Source: Porphyridium purpureum
Lineage: Eukaryota
Assembly: GCA_008690995.1 (NCBI GenBank)
Contig: VRMN01000002.1
Location: 1,674,001 to 1,738,000 of the forward strand
Direction of reading: 5' to 3'
Length of the DNA: 64,000 nt
The translations under genes were made by a program, and so were the position numbers. Below the pieces are notes generated by a model. The model did not search any database, was not told the DNA's origin, and saw only the letters and a list, made by a program, of their open reading frames with translations. Below, piece after piece: positions 1-9,613 of this stretch. Every line of letters starts with the position of its first letter. Positions within the stretch are counted from its first letter, which is position 1.

Positions 1-33
1 TTTTTTCATCATGATGAACACGTTTCGATACTA

Positions 34-2616
34 TCAGTACATGTGACGACTGTGCAAAATCCATCGCTCTAGGGCATCTGCTCCTAATTCAACGTCTGGA
101 TCGAACCCGTCGCCCAGCCCGCGCGTGGTCCAGTGTGTGCGAATATCCTTGATTAGCTCGTCACTCTCCTTCTGATTGCCTTGATCTGACAGCGCGTGAG
201 CTAAACCTTTCATCAACCAAAGATCCAGGTCTAGGCAATGCTGCAGAGGCGCATCGAACCATTTCTTGTCGCCAAATTTGCACACAATCGCAAGCGCGCC
301 ACGGAAACTGGTCTCTGCTCCAATTGGATCCTTCATCAAAAGACTAACGACTCCAGCCACACCAAGAAGATCCGCATAAATGGGCAGCTCTGAATACTGC
401 ATGCACTTGAGCACTTCGAGCACTTTGCAATTCAATTTGGCGGCCGCCGTGAGCTCGCTACGAGCCAATTTACACGAAATCAGATTGGCCAACGCATTCA
501 CTGCGAGCGTTGTCTTTCCCATTCCATGAGAGTACAGCAGCTTGAGCACGCGCACAGTAATTACATTCGTCTGATCAATATCGCCTTGCATGAGGTGCAA
601 ATTGGCCTTGATGAGCACACAGAGACAAGCATCAATGATTTGCATGTCGTTTTCGAACTCGCGCCTCTCCAAGAAGGGCTCGTAGTAATCCAAAGCGCGC
701 TGCAGGGGCGCCTCGGCGTGTCGAAGCATCAGCAGGTCCATGAAAGCCTCGGCCAAGCCCAACTCAACGCGCGCCACGTGAAGCTCTTGCCGGCGCACAT
801 GGCATACGATGTCTTGCATTGATTTCAGCACGCGCTGGAAGTATTTCAGTCGTGAGCGCGCACCCACGCAAAAGCGCATCACAATAGGTGCCGCGGTCAG
901 TGCCCGGGCATGATCGCATACGCCAGACGTGCGCGTCCGACTGAATAGAGTTTCGTAATTGTGCCGGTCGATGTCGTACGTTTGCATAAGACGCTCGCGC
1001 ACCTTCCCTTGCTTGTACGTTTCCAAAGAATTAAGCCCCTCCAAGCGGCGAATGAAGTGGTCGATGAAACGACGATTGGCCTTTGACAGCACGTCTTCAA
1101 CGTACGCATTGTGCATAAACGAAGAATTCGAAAGGGTCTCCGGAGACAGAAACATTCTTGCAGGCTTTGAGAGCTCGGCACGCTGCGTGCCGTCCAGGCC
1201 GCTGAACAAGCCACATGCGCACAAAAGGTCCAGCTGAAGCAGCGGCTGCAAAACGCGGTAGCACTCCTCGACACCGTCAATATTGCATACTGCTGCTGCC
1301 GCGTGAATATCAAAGCATCGAGGAAAGACACCAAGGCAAATGAACGCGTCCTTCGAACTATCCGGCAGCATTTCATAGACGCTCCGCACGGTGTCAATTT
1401 CTGCATTCGCACCGTCCAGCTCTGAACCAATGACCGCCATGATTGGATCATCCACTTCACCCCGTGAGAGAGACCCCCGTGATGTTTGCCTCTTTTCATG
1501 CTTTTCCTGCTCTGGCTGTGCATGCGACTTTCGACCGAGCTCGCTCAAGCATGGAGACCGCTCGTCCGAGGGAGGCTCCGAGCCCAGGTGCGTACCGGTC
1601 TGATCTGAGGAATCGTCATCGGCCAAATCCTGGGCTGGAATGTAGGAAGTTCCCATGTATCGGAAATCCCCTTGGAGCGCAAATGCGGGATCCTTAAATA
1701 TGTTCGGAGTCTCCAGTCGGGCTAACGCGTCGCCGTCTACATCGATGTTGAATTCTTCGAGATCAAAAGAACTCGAGGCTGAACCGGGCAAAAAGTCCAT
1801 CGAAAATGCGCGCGGTGAAGAGCTCGTCGGATCCCTTGCTTCTCGCAATCCTCCGTTCATTTCTACAGGAGCACTGCTCTCGTGCAAGCCCGACAATGCG
1901 TGGGACGAACGACGCCCGCTGCCGCCTGCTGCGCTCGGCTCAACCACGCCATGCTCAATGTTGCCCAGTCCAAAGTCGTTTTCGGTCGAGCCAAACAATT
2001 CAAGCGAGGTCTGCAGCTGCCGCGCGTATGCATTATCGTCGGACGGTACACCGGCCTCACCATTCGGTGTTTCAGCCACCTGCGGACCCTCTACGAAGCG
2101 CAGCCATGGCGCCCCCTCGACGACGTTGCGAACAAAGCTGTCGTACGGGGCTAGGTTGGGCTGGTATTCGTTCTCATTGCTTGTTTCGTGTGAAAATGAC
2201 TCCATCAGGTTTTCGAGAGCGCCGCCATTCATCTTGGTGGTGTCGCGCTCCTCGCTGGTGACGTGCGACGAGGCGCTGCTGGTTCCGGATGCGTTGGCGT
2301 GAGTGCGCGGTGTTCTGTGCGCTCCCTGCACGTGCGATTGTGTAGAGCTAGAGTTCGCCGCGCGGGCGCCCGAGGAGGACAAGGGGCCGCGCAGATCTGT
2401 TCCGACGCCGAGCTCGGCCAAGCTGGCGGACAAATCGCCGCTTTCATGCGCCTGGAGCAGCGCGCGCTTGCGATGGTACGACTGATTCTGGCGCTGTCGG
2501 CGCTTGAGAATGCTGGACTTGAGCTTGCGCTCTGCCTCTGTGAGCTCGGCGTCCGGCCGGTCGAACACGTACATCTGCGGCCGGCCGGCCTTCCGCTTGG
2601 CCACCTCGTCACCCAT
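34..2616 (-). CDS. Protein with N-terminal basic/AT-hook-like segment, long disordered region, STAND-type winged-helix domain and C-terminal TPR-like helical repeats
   Basis: Long ORF; first ATG at 2616 (MGDEVAKRKAGRP...KRRQRQNQSYHRKR); 'YEMLPDSSKDAFICLGVFPRCFDIHAAAAV' resembles the winged-helix segment following NB-ARC domains; helical TPR-like C-terminus. Confidence 0.7.
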   Translation of the reverse strand: MGDEVAKRKAGRPQMYVFDRPDAELTEAERKLKSSILKRRQRQNQSYHRKRALLQAHESGDLSASLAELGVGTDLRGPLSSSGARAANSSSTQSHVQGAHRTPRTHANASGTSSASSHVTSEERDTTKMNGGALENLMESFSHETSNENEYQPNLAPYDSFVRNVVEGAPWLRFVEGPQVAETPNGEAGVPSDDNAYARQLQTSLELFGSTENDFGLGNIEHGVVEPSAAGGSGRRSSHALSGLHESSAPVEMNGGLREARDPTSSSPRAFSMDFLPGSASSSFDLEEFNIDVDGDALARLETPNIFKDPAFALQGDFRYMGTSYIPAQDLADDDSSDQTGTHLGSEPPSDERSPCLSELGRKSHAQPEQEKHEKRQTSRGSLSRGEVDDPIMAVIGSELDGANAEIDTVRSVYEMLPDSSKDAFICLGVFPRCFDIHAAAAVCNIDGVEECYRVLQPLLQLDLLCACGLFSGLDGTQRAELSKPARMFLSPETLSNSSFMHNAYVEDVLSKANRRFIDHFIRRLEGLNSLETYKQGKVRERLMQTYDIDRHNYETLFSRTRTSGVCDHARALTAAPIVMRFCVGARSRLKYFQRVLKSMQDIVCHVRRQELHVARVELGLAEAFMDLLMLRHAEAPLQRALDYYEPFLERREFENDMQIIDACLCVLIKANLHLMQGDIDQTNVITVRVLKLLYSHGMGKTTLAVNALANLISCKLARSELTAAAKLNCKVLEVLKCMQYSELPIYADLLGVAGVVSLLMKDPIGAETSFRGALAIVCKFGDKKWFDAPLQHCLDLDLWLMKGLAHALSDQGNQKESDELIKDIRTHWTTRGLGDGFDPDVELGADALERWILHSRHMY

Positions 2617-3317
2617 GCGCGGTGACGCGTCCGCTCCCCGCTCCCCACTCCCCACACGCCCGCGTTCCCCCTGCCGCCTCCCTCGTTCCGGGACTCAACC
2701 CGGTCGTCACACCGCTGTCCCTCCTTCACGCACGTACATCAACATCTGCACACATGCACGTGCATCCTTATCGCTCTTCCGCCCCCGTACTGCACACGTT
2801 CCTCCCCACTGGACATACAAACACACACCTCACCTGAACGACCTGCACCGACTGACCCACTAGAACCCAGGACCAAAAACCTACCAAACCAAAACGCCAA
2901 AAAAAAAACCCCCCAGCAAGGCGCTCCGACTCGCGTTCGCACACGCGCGTTTTGTTTTGTCGGCGGTGTTGGCGCGTGCTCGGTTCGCGCGTGAGCTTGA
3001 TCGGCGCGGGAAGAAGCACGTGCGACTGTGAGCGCGGCGGCGCCTGTCAGAATCCTCCGAACGCGCGAAACGCACAGCGCATAACGCATAACGCATAACG
3101 CTCGCGCGGAAAAGCAAGGGCGCATTCAGGTACAGTGGGTACAGTGCGTTGTGCCATTGACGCACGGACCGGAGCACGCACAGCGGGACGGGATGGAATC
3201 GAGTGGCGGGGCGAGTTTTGGAGCTGGATGGTGGGTGTGTGTCGATGGATGCATGGATAGATAGAGTGGGTTCGGAGCAACGGAGCAACGGATCGCCATG
3301 TAAGAGGTTGGGGGCTT

Positions 3318-5108
3318 TTAATCGTTCCGAGCGCTCTTTCGGCGCGATGCGGTCGCGGGGCCGGGCTCGGCAGCAGCGATAAATGTCGAGAACAGGTCGA
3401 GCGGCTTGGCTGGTTTGGACCGCTTGCCTGTGCGGGAGATGGGCGTGCTTGGCTCGCTCTTCGCCGCGCCTTCGATGGCGACGACGACGGGCTCCAGCTG
3501 GTCGACGTCGTCCTCGACCCCGTCACTGTATTCACCGCTACTGGAGTTGTAGTCCCTCTCGTCGTACGATATCCGTGCATCTCTACCACCACTCGTATTG
3601 CGCCGACGCCCTGCCTTTTCCCCAGATGAGGGACGCTCGCCTCGGTTGCCCTTCGCCTTGTTGCCAGCAGTCGCCGTCTCAAACCACGCAGCAAGAAAGG
3701 ATGTCTTGCTACGCGCCTTCAATTTCTTGTTCGCGCGTGACTTGCGTGAGCCTCTGCGGTCCTTCTCATCATCACCACTGGCCCGCTTACTGCCGCTACC
3801 GCCCAAGCAGCCAAACAGAGCAAAGTTCAAAACCCAGCGCGTCACGCGGTATACCGTAATCAGGAGCACAGTGAACGTCCGGATCACAATATGCCGAGCA
3901 GACGCCAGGCGTACGGAGAGGTTCAAGTTCCAATTGGTAACAATCCGGAGCTCGCCGCCGAACAGCAGCAGCTTGAACCGCGCGAAAATTTCGTCCGTGC
4001 TGACACCTACACGCGCCAGGCGTTCCTGCGTGGTCATCCAAAAGACCGAGCAGTACCACAGGTAGGCAGAGCTCAGCATCGCTGGTACCAGATCCAGTAC
4101 GAATGGGCGCCATGTGAACACAAAGAAATGAAGCCCAATCGCGCAAGCACTGCAAAGTTGAGCAAGGTCGAGAACAGTTCGTCGGAGGACGCACTGGATT
4201 GCTAGCATGCTGCAATGAACGAGAAAAAAACCGGCCAGGCACAGCATCAACGGTGCGAACCACCGATGCTGATACACGTCGAGCAGAAACAAAGGGTCAC
4301 GACCCATCATCACACAGCACACAAAGCCAAGCGCGGACAGCGCCAAAAAGTAGGCGCTCGTGAAAGCTATGTAGTGAGACACCGTCAGGGACACAATGTT
4401 ATGGTAAAGATGAAACAAAATGGAAGCAATGGTCAAGCTTGGAACGAGCATCAACGCATACGATAGAACGCCAAACAGAAACGGAGAGTGTGTGACGTGC
4501 AAGTGAATTGCCCGGTCGATCTCGTGCGCGACATTCCGCACCATGACCGCGTTCGTGCTCGCAACCACCGAAATTAACTCGAAGAAGGGAATCAGCGCCT
4601 CGGCGGACTTTTTCATAGAGCCTTGCATGGTGGGCGAGTAATCCTTCATCGTATTCGAGACGTAGTAATCGACGCCATGGTCCTTGAGTTCTTCACGCAG
4701 GCTCGACTCTTCCACCAGCAGCTGTTGACGCTTAGCTATTAATTGATCGAGCTGCTTCTGCAGGAGCGCCTGCGTCGTCTCCAGGTCTGTCACCTGCAGG
4801 CCCAGTTTGAAAAGCGTGGCGTTGCGCACCTGGTCCAGTTCTGCGCTGATGTGCTTGAGCTCTGCTGCGTCCAGGGCGGTTTGCGAACGATCCATCGCAG
4901 ACTGGCCTGAGCTTTTGGACTTGAGCGTGGTTGTCAAATAGTTCACGTACGCTTCCAGCTCGAGTTTCTTGGCCATTTTGGCGGACACGCTGTTCTCCAG
5001 CTCAATCAATTGCGTCGGTAGATCGTTTGGGTCAATCCCAAATCCCTCGGCGCAGGAAATCAGCGCTGGGACAAAACATAGGACAAGCCATGCGGCCCGG
5101 GGCCGCAT
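3318..5108 (-). CDS. Secretory-pathway membrane protein: signal peptide, coiled coil, about 5-6 TM helices, basic/acidic Ser-rich tail; function unknown
   Basis: ATG 5108 starts a signal-peptide-like MRPRAAWLVLCFVPALISCAEG; heptad-rich region, then several hydrophobic segments. Confidence 0.75.
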   Translation of the reverse strand: MRPRAAWLVLCFVPALISCAEGFGIDPNDLPTQLIELENSVSAKMAKKLELEAYVNYLTTTLKSKSSGQSAMDRSQTALDAAELKHISAELDQVRNATLFKLGLQVTDLETTQALLQKQLDQLIAKRQQLLVEESSLREELKDHGVDYYVSNTMKDYSPTMQGSMKKSAEALIPFFELISVVASTNAVMVRNVAHEIDRAIHLHVTHSPFLFGVLSYALMLVPSLTIASILFHLYHNIVSLTVSHYIAFTSAYFLALSALGFVCCVMMGRDPLFLLDVYQHRWFAPLMLCLAGFFLVHCSMLAIQCVLRRTVLDLAQLCSACAIGLHFFVFTWRPFVLDLVPAMLSSAYLWYCSVFWMTTQERLARVGVSTDEIFARFKLLLFGGELRIVTNWNLNLSVRLASARHIVIRTFTVLLITVYRVTRWVLNFALFGCLGGSGSKRASGDDEKDRRGSRKSRANKKLKARSKTSFLAAWFETATAGNKAKGNRGERPSSGEKAGRRRNTSGGRDARISYDERDYNSSSGEYSDGVEDDVDQLEPVVVAIEGAAKSEPSTPISRTGKRSKPAKPLDLFSTFIAAAEPGPATASRRKSARND

Positions 5109-5682
5109 GCTTGGAACACCAGCCGCCAAAAGCACCACCCTATCTGGCTTCCGACACGTTCTGAGCGTCGCACCGCACTCGCCTGCGCTCGGCACCCACG
5201 CGCGACACCTCATGCGAGGTACACCGTCACTGTACTTCTGGCGTTCAACTGTACTTGTATCCGAACACTGTACTCCCTCGGTCAACTTGCGGCGGTCAGA
5301 GCGATTGCTGCGACGAAGGACCGGAGCGCGCAAGCACGGGGTAGCGCGCGGGGACAAAGATTAACGACAGTGTTTGTCCGCCTCTTCGCACGGTTGGAAC
5401 GAAGAGCTTGATGTTCGTTCGCCGGCGTCCGCAGTGCCTGTTCCAGCGTCTTTGTTTATTGCCTCGATTGAGGTGGAAGTAGGGTGGTGCGCTTGGGTTC
5501 GACGGAGATCCGCTGACAAGCACGTTTAGCTCTTTCGTTGATCTATGTGAAAGGTTCATTGGTACGCCCGAAAGGTTGGTCAGTCGTTGTCAGAAACTTT
5601 GGCGCGGAGCACGTGGGTGTGTGGTGGTGGGGTAAACTCGAGAACGCATCTCCAGCGGCTTACGTTGCGAACAGGGCGTAAG

Positions 5683-5931
5683 ATGGTAGAGGTCAAAAAT
5701 TGGGACGAGTTTTTCGAACAGACCAAAGAACTGATGCGGCAAAACCCCAGCAGAACTAGATATAGCATCAAGTATAAGACCAAGCCAGGGGCTGCGCTTG
5801 TGATCAAGATCACAGATAACTCGACGGTGCTCAAGTTCACCACGTCAGAGAGATCCGATTTGAAACGAATAGAAGAATTGACAGGCTGGATGCTTGCGGC
5901 GATGACTGAGCAGGAGCAGCCCCACGCGTAA
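5683..5931 (+). CDS. SRP9: Signal recognition particle 9 kDa protein
   Basis: MVEVKNWDEFFEQTKELMRQNPSRTRYSIKY...LVIKITDNSTVLKFTT...DLKRIEEL matches the SRP9 family pattern. Confidence 0.9.
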   Translation: MVEVKNWDEFFEQTKELMRQNPSRTRYSIKYKTKPGAALVIKITDNSTVLKFTTSERSDLKRIEELTGWMLAAMTEQEQPHA

Positions 5932-6210
5932 TCCGTGCGTCATCTGTCTGTGAGGCAGACTTGGGTAGATGCATGTACAGAATTCTTTCTTCCCTGCGTA
6001 GAAAAAAGAAAAAGAAGGGTGCGAAATCATACTTCTGAGGACTTCAAAAGCACGTGATCATTGAGAGGCACTCTTTTCTCGCCTAACAAAATCATAGACT
6101 CGCCGTGCACTGCGCAGTTGTGAGCTCACAATGATTTAGTGGATTAGCCTACTCGGACTGTTCTCAGTAACTCGCTCTTCATCGAGCTTCAGCAAAGGCG
6201 GACTGGCGGG

Positions 6211-7371
6211 CTATGGCGGCGGGCTCGTCGGCTTTGGCGGGGGCAACAACGACGCGGCTGCAGCGCCACTGTGCGAGTCTTCACTCGACATGTTCTTTGT
6301 ACGGTCATAAATCTTCCGTGCCTCCTCTGCCATGACTTCGTGGCCACTTGAGCGTAACGTAAATTTCGACTTGGACTCTGCACCCGGTGATATGATTGTC
6401 ACGTCTGCCAGGTCGTGAAGATCGTCTTCCTCCTCGTCTTCCAAGTGGAACAAGTTTTGAAGGCGCTGGTACTCAGATTCTGCGCCGTTTGCTTCGGCCT
6501 CGCCAACATCGGCCGCGTGCTTCTCCGGACTAGATGGCTGTACTTTGCTGCGCTCCTCCTCCACCTGCAAGGCCTTCTGCCTCATCTCTTGCAATTTCTG
6601 GCTCTGTTTCTGCGCCCGATACTGGTCCCGCACCGTGCTGCGCATCTCGACAGCCTCGGGAACGCGCGCCCGGATCTCCCGGACAAATCGTCTGTAGTAT
6701 TCGACAAAAGTCCAGTAGTCAACCTTGCAGCCCGTCGCGCGCCGAAATTCGACGCGGCACTGTCCAATAACCTCCAGAATACGAATCTCTCCCATGTGCC
6801 AGCCCCTCTTTAGCTTTGTCGAGTACCATAATGTATTCTTTTGGCGCTGGAACGTCGTTGTGTCTTGCGCGAGGAGTGTTTCCTCTACTTCAAACATGAT
6901 TTCCTCGTACTTGAGCTTGCTTTGGAAACTCGTCTTCTCCGCTGTGGCCGCAGACAGATGCCTGAAAACGTCAATGCGGTTTTTGCGCTGCGCACTCATC
7001 GACCTGAACATGGCGCCTTCGTTTGGATCCATCGTATGGCTCAAGCCGCCCTTCTCCGTCGAAATGTACGAGGTGGAGCGCTCTATTTTTTTAAACGACG
7101 GCGCGCGCTCCAACTTTGTACTGGATGAGGTGCGCGGCATGCTTACATTTTTCGACGAGGAGGATCTGCGCATCGGCCCCGTCGACTCTGTGCGTGGCCC
7201 GACGTCGCTGACCGATGCGCCCTGCTGTCCACGGCTAAACCGGTTCATGGACGGTACGCGCGGCAGCATGCCGCTCCCTTTTTGGTCCAGCCCTCCACTT
7301 GAATCCCCCGCCTCCTCACCAAGCTCCTTGCTACTCATGTCCCTTTTAAAGGACATCCTCTTCCCAAACAT
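6211..7371 (-). CDS. Protein with a central KA1/NAF-like domain flanked by Ser/Arg-rich and acidic disordered regions; no kinase domain
   Basis: ATG 7371 (MFGKRMSF); TSFQSKLKYEEIMFEVEETL...EIRILEV...RVEFRRATG...YWTFVEYYRRF resembles KA1 of SnRK/MARK/CIPK C-termini. Confidence 0.6.
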   Translation of the reverse strand: MFGKRMSFKRDMSSKELGEEAGDSSGGLDQKGSGMLPRVPSMNRFSRGQQGASVSDVGPRTESTGPMRRSSSSKNVSMPRTSSSTKLERAPSFKKIERSTSYISTEKGGLSHTMDPNEGAMFRSMSAQRKNRIDVFRHLSAATAEKTSFQSKLKYEEIMFEVEETLLAQDTTTFQRQKNTLWYSTKLKRGWHMGEIRILEVIGQCRVEFRRATGCKVDYWTFVEYYRRFVREIRARVPEAVEMRSTVRDQYRAQKQSQKLQEMRQKALQVEEERSKVQPSSPEKHAADVGEAEANGAESEYQRLQNLFHLEDEEEDDLHDLADVTIISPGAESKSKFTLRSSGHEVMAEEARKIYDRTKNMSSEDSHSGAAAASLLPPPKPTSPPP

Positions 7372-7440
7372 CCTGCCGACACTAAAAAATCCCACCGCGT
7401 GCGCGTCCGTCTCCCCAACCTTCAACTAACGCTAGCTCCA

Positions 7441-7485
7441 CGACCACCACCACCACGACCACCACCACCACGACCACCACCACCA
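7441..7485. repeat. 15-bp tandem repeat (CGACCACCACCACCA) x3
   Basis: Directly visible. Confidence 0.9.
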
Positions 7486-7586
7486 ACGCCCATTCACTTG
7501 CAAAAAAAAAGCGCTCTCTTGCTTCTTCCACACTACTGCAAGTCTACCTTTCTATTTCCCCCACCGTCCCTTTTGCGTGTGTGTCA

Positions 7587-7599
7587 CTCTCTCTCTCTG

Positions 7600-7631
<32 letters not shown>

Positions 7632-7649
7632 TCGCTCTCTCTCTCTCTC
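7587..7649. repeat. Imperfect (CT)n microsatellite in the divergent intergenic region
   Basis: Directly visible ctctctct runs. Confidence 0.9.
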
Positions 7650-8092
7650 CCCCTTGTTCCCTGCTGACACTGCGGTTCCACATGCGCTTGTCTCCCAATA
7701 GCCACGCTCATAAGGGCTACGGTCAAGGTGCTCATGTTCATATCAAAACACCCGCATTCGATGATAAACACGCATACACTCAGTCGCTCCTTGCCACCCT
7801 CTCTCAAACAGCGGGTACGTCCGTGTAAAGCACTCAGCGAGGCGAGCCGGGCAGTAGCAAAGCGCTGACATACAACACACGCGCGCCAATCATCGTGAGC
7901 GCGGCCCGGTGCGGCGCGCCCGTCGTAGACTGGCACTCGCTCAACACTCGGTGCGAGTGTACCGCCTAGTTCGCCGTCCGCTGCACGCGTCGCTTGGTTC
8001 GCACGTCGCGCGTACCGCCTCTGCCACAATTCAGCCGCTCCGGAGCTTGCGCTTGTGACGTTTGCAGCTCGCGCAAGAGGTCCACGAGCTTG

Positions 8093-9190
8093 ATGGCTTT
8101 TGTGAACCTGTTTGCAGCTCCGAAGATTGACGCGACTCGCGCGCTGCTGGTATGTGCGTGGCCTGCGTCGAACAGAATGCCGCTGCAGCGTGATAGCGGG
8201 GCGGCGCTCGCCGGAACCCAGCAAGCGAAGAGCCTTTTGTATTCACGCCGCTCCCGTGTGCCGCGGGGAGCGCGCGATGCGCGGTTGCGCGTGGAAGCTT
8301 CAAGTCAGAATAATGGCGTGCCCTCGACTGACATCGGCGAGAAAGTCAAGCGTGCACTATGGAAAAATCCCCTGGTGGTGCTTTCGCTGATGCATCTGGT
8401 TTCAGGGGTTGTTGTGTTCAAGGTGCTCGAAGGGGCGCATTGGACATGGCTCGACGCCGTGTACTTTAGCATGACGCTGATCACGACGGTCGGATACGGA
8501 GACTTGACGCCGTCTAGCTCGGGCACCAAATTGTACGCAATTGTCTTCATTCTGGTGTCGGTCTTTCTCGTATCTTCCGTGCTGAATGGCTTCGTTACGA
8601 AACTATTGGACTCACAAGAGAAGCTCTTTGCGCGCGTGATGGCAAAGAATCCGTCGGGCGATGACATTGAAAGCTTGAACGTCCCGGTACTCGCAGCTCG
8701 TCGCGACCTCATTTCAAATGTGGTGATATTTTCATTGTTTCTTGCAGCATCAACTGCATTTTTTATGGCCTCTGAAGGCTTCAGCGTCTTGAATGCCATC
8801 TACTTTGTGATTGTAACTCTTACCACAGTGGGATTGGGCGACATCACGCCAAAACACCGGAGCGGAAAGGCGTTCGCCATCATTTTTCTGTTGGTGGGCA
8901 CGGTGCTTCTTGCACGGCTCGTCGGGTCAGCAGGTGAATTTATTTCGTCCAAGCGACACGCGCAAAGAATGCGCGACCAGCTGACCAGCAGGATGTCTGC
9001 CGCCGAAGTAGATGCAATGGACTCTGACGGTGACGGGCAGATCTCAAGGAATGAGTACTTGATTACGATGCTGCGGAAGAACGAGCTAGTCAGCGAAAGT
9101 GACATCAAGAGCATACTCGATCGCTTTGATGAGCTGGATCAAGATGGCAATGGTTTCTTGAGCCACAAAGAACTTGGTCTTTCAAAATGA
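8093..9190 (+). CDS. Two-pore K+ channel (TPK/KCO family) with two C-terminal EF-hands and putative plastid transit peptide
   Basis: Two pore loops TTVGYGD and TTVGLGD, 4 TM helices, EF-hands DSDGDGQISRNE and DQDGNGFLSHKE; N-terminus MAFV... is Arg/Ser/Ala-rich. Confidence 0.92.
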   Translation: MAFVNLFAAPKIDATRALLVCAWPASNRMPLQRDSGAALAGTQQAKSLLYSRRSRVPRGARDARLRVEASSQNNGVPSTDIGEKVKRALWKNPLVVLSLMHLVSGVVVFKVLEGAHWTWLDAVYFSMTLITTVGYGDLTPSSSGTKLYAIVFILVSVFLVSSVLNGFVTKLLDSQEKLFARVMAKNPSGDDIESLNVPVLAARRDLISNVVIFSLFLAASTAFFMASEGFSVLNAIYFVIVTLTTVGLGDITPKHRSGKAFAIIFLLVGTVLLARLVGSAGEFISSKRHAQRMRDQLTSRMSAAEVDAMDSDGDGQISRNEYLITMLRKNELVSESDIKSILDRFDELDQDGNGFLSHKELGLSK

Positions 9191-9613
9191 TGAAGGGTAG
9201 TCGTAAATGACACATTTAAGTTGCCGCTGAGCTTCCTTGGGGCCGAACGTGAGCGTTGTGAGCAAGGCTAGTACGGTTTACTGCGTTCCGCCACGTCGGC
9301 GAGCTCGCTCCCTATCGACCGCGCATCCGCCGTCGCAGTGTATGCGACCACCAGCACGCGCATGTGAATTTCGCATGCGATGCTCTAGACCTCGACGCAG
9401 AATGCGTGATGTCGATGTCATGAAGGGCACCCATGGATGTCGTGGTGTCTTGCAGATGTGCTTCACCCATGGCGGCCTCGCGTTTGAATATTCCGCACAT
9501 TGAACCACTCTAGAAACATACGCATAAAAATAGAAGGTTTAAGACCGGGTGGTGCAAGAGAAGGTTTGAGCTGGGGGGTTACAGAGGAATGAACGCGAGA
9601 AGACGCGAATACG

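Noticed and set aside
495..530. GMGKTTLA in the first gene looks like an NB-ARC P-loop
   Set aside because: It lacks the first Gly of GxxxxGKT, has no preceding beta strand or Walker B, and lies in the helical repeat region after the WHD
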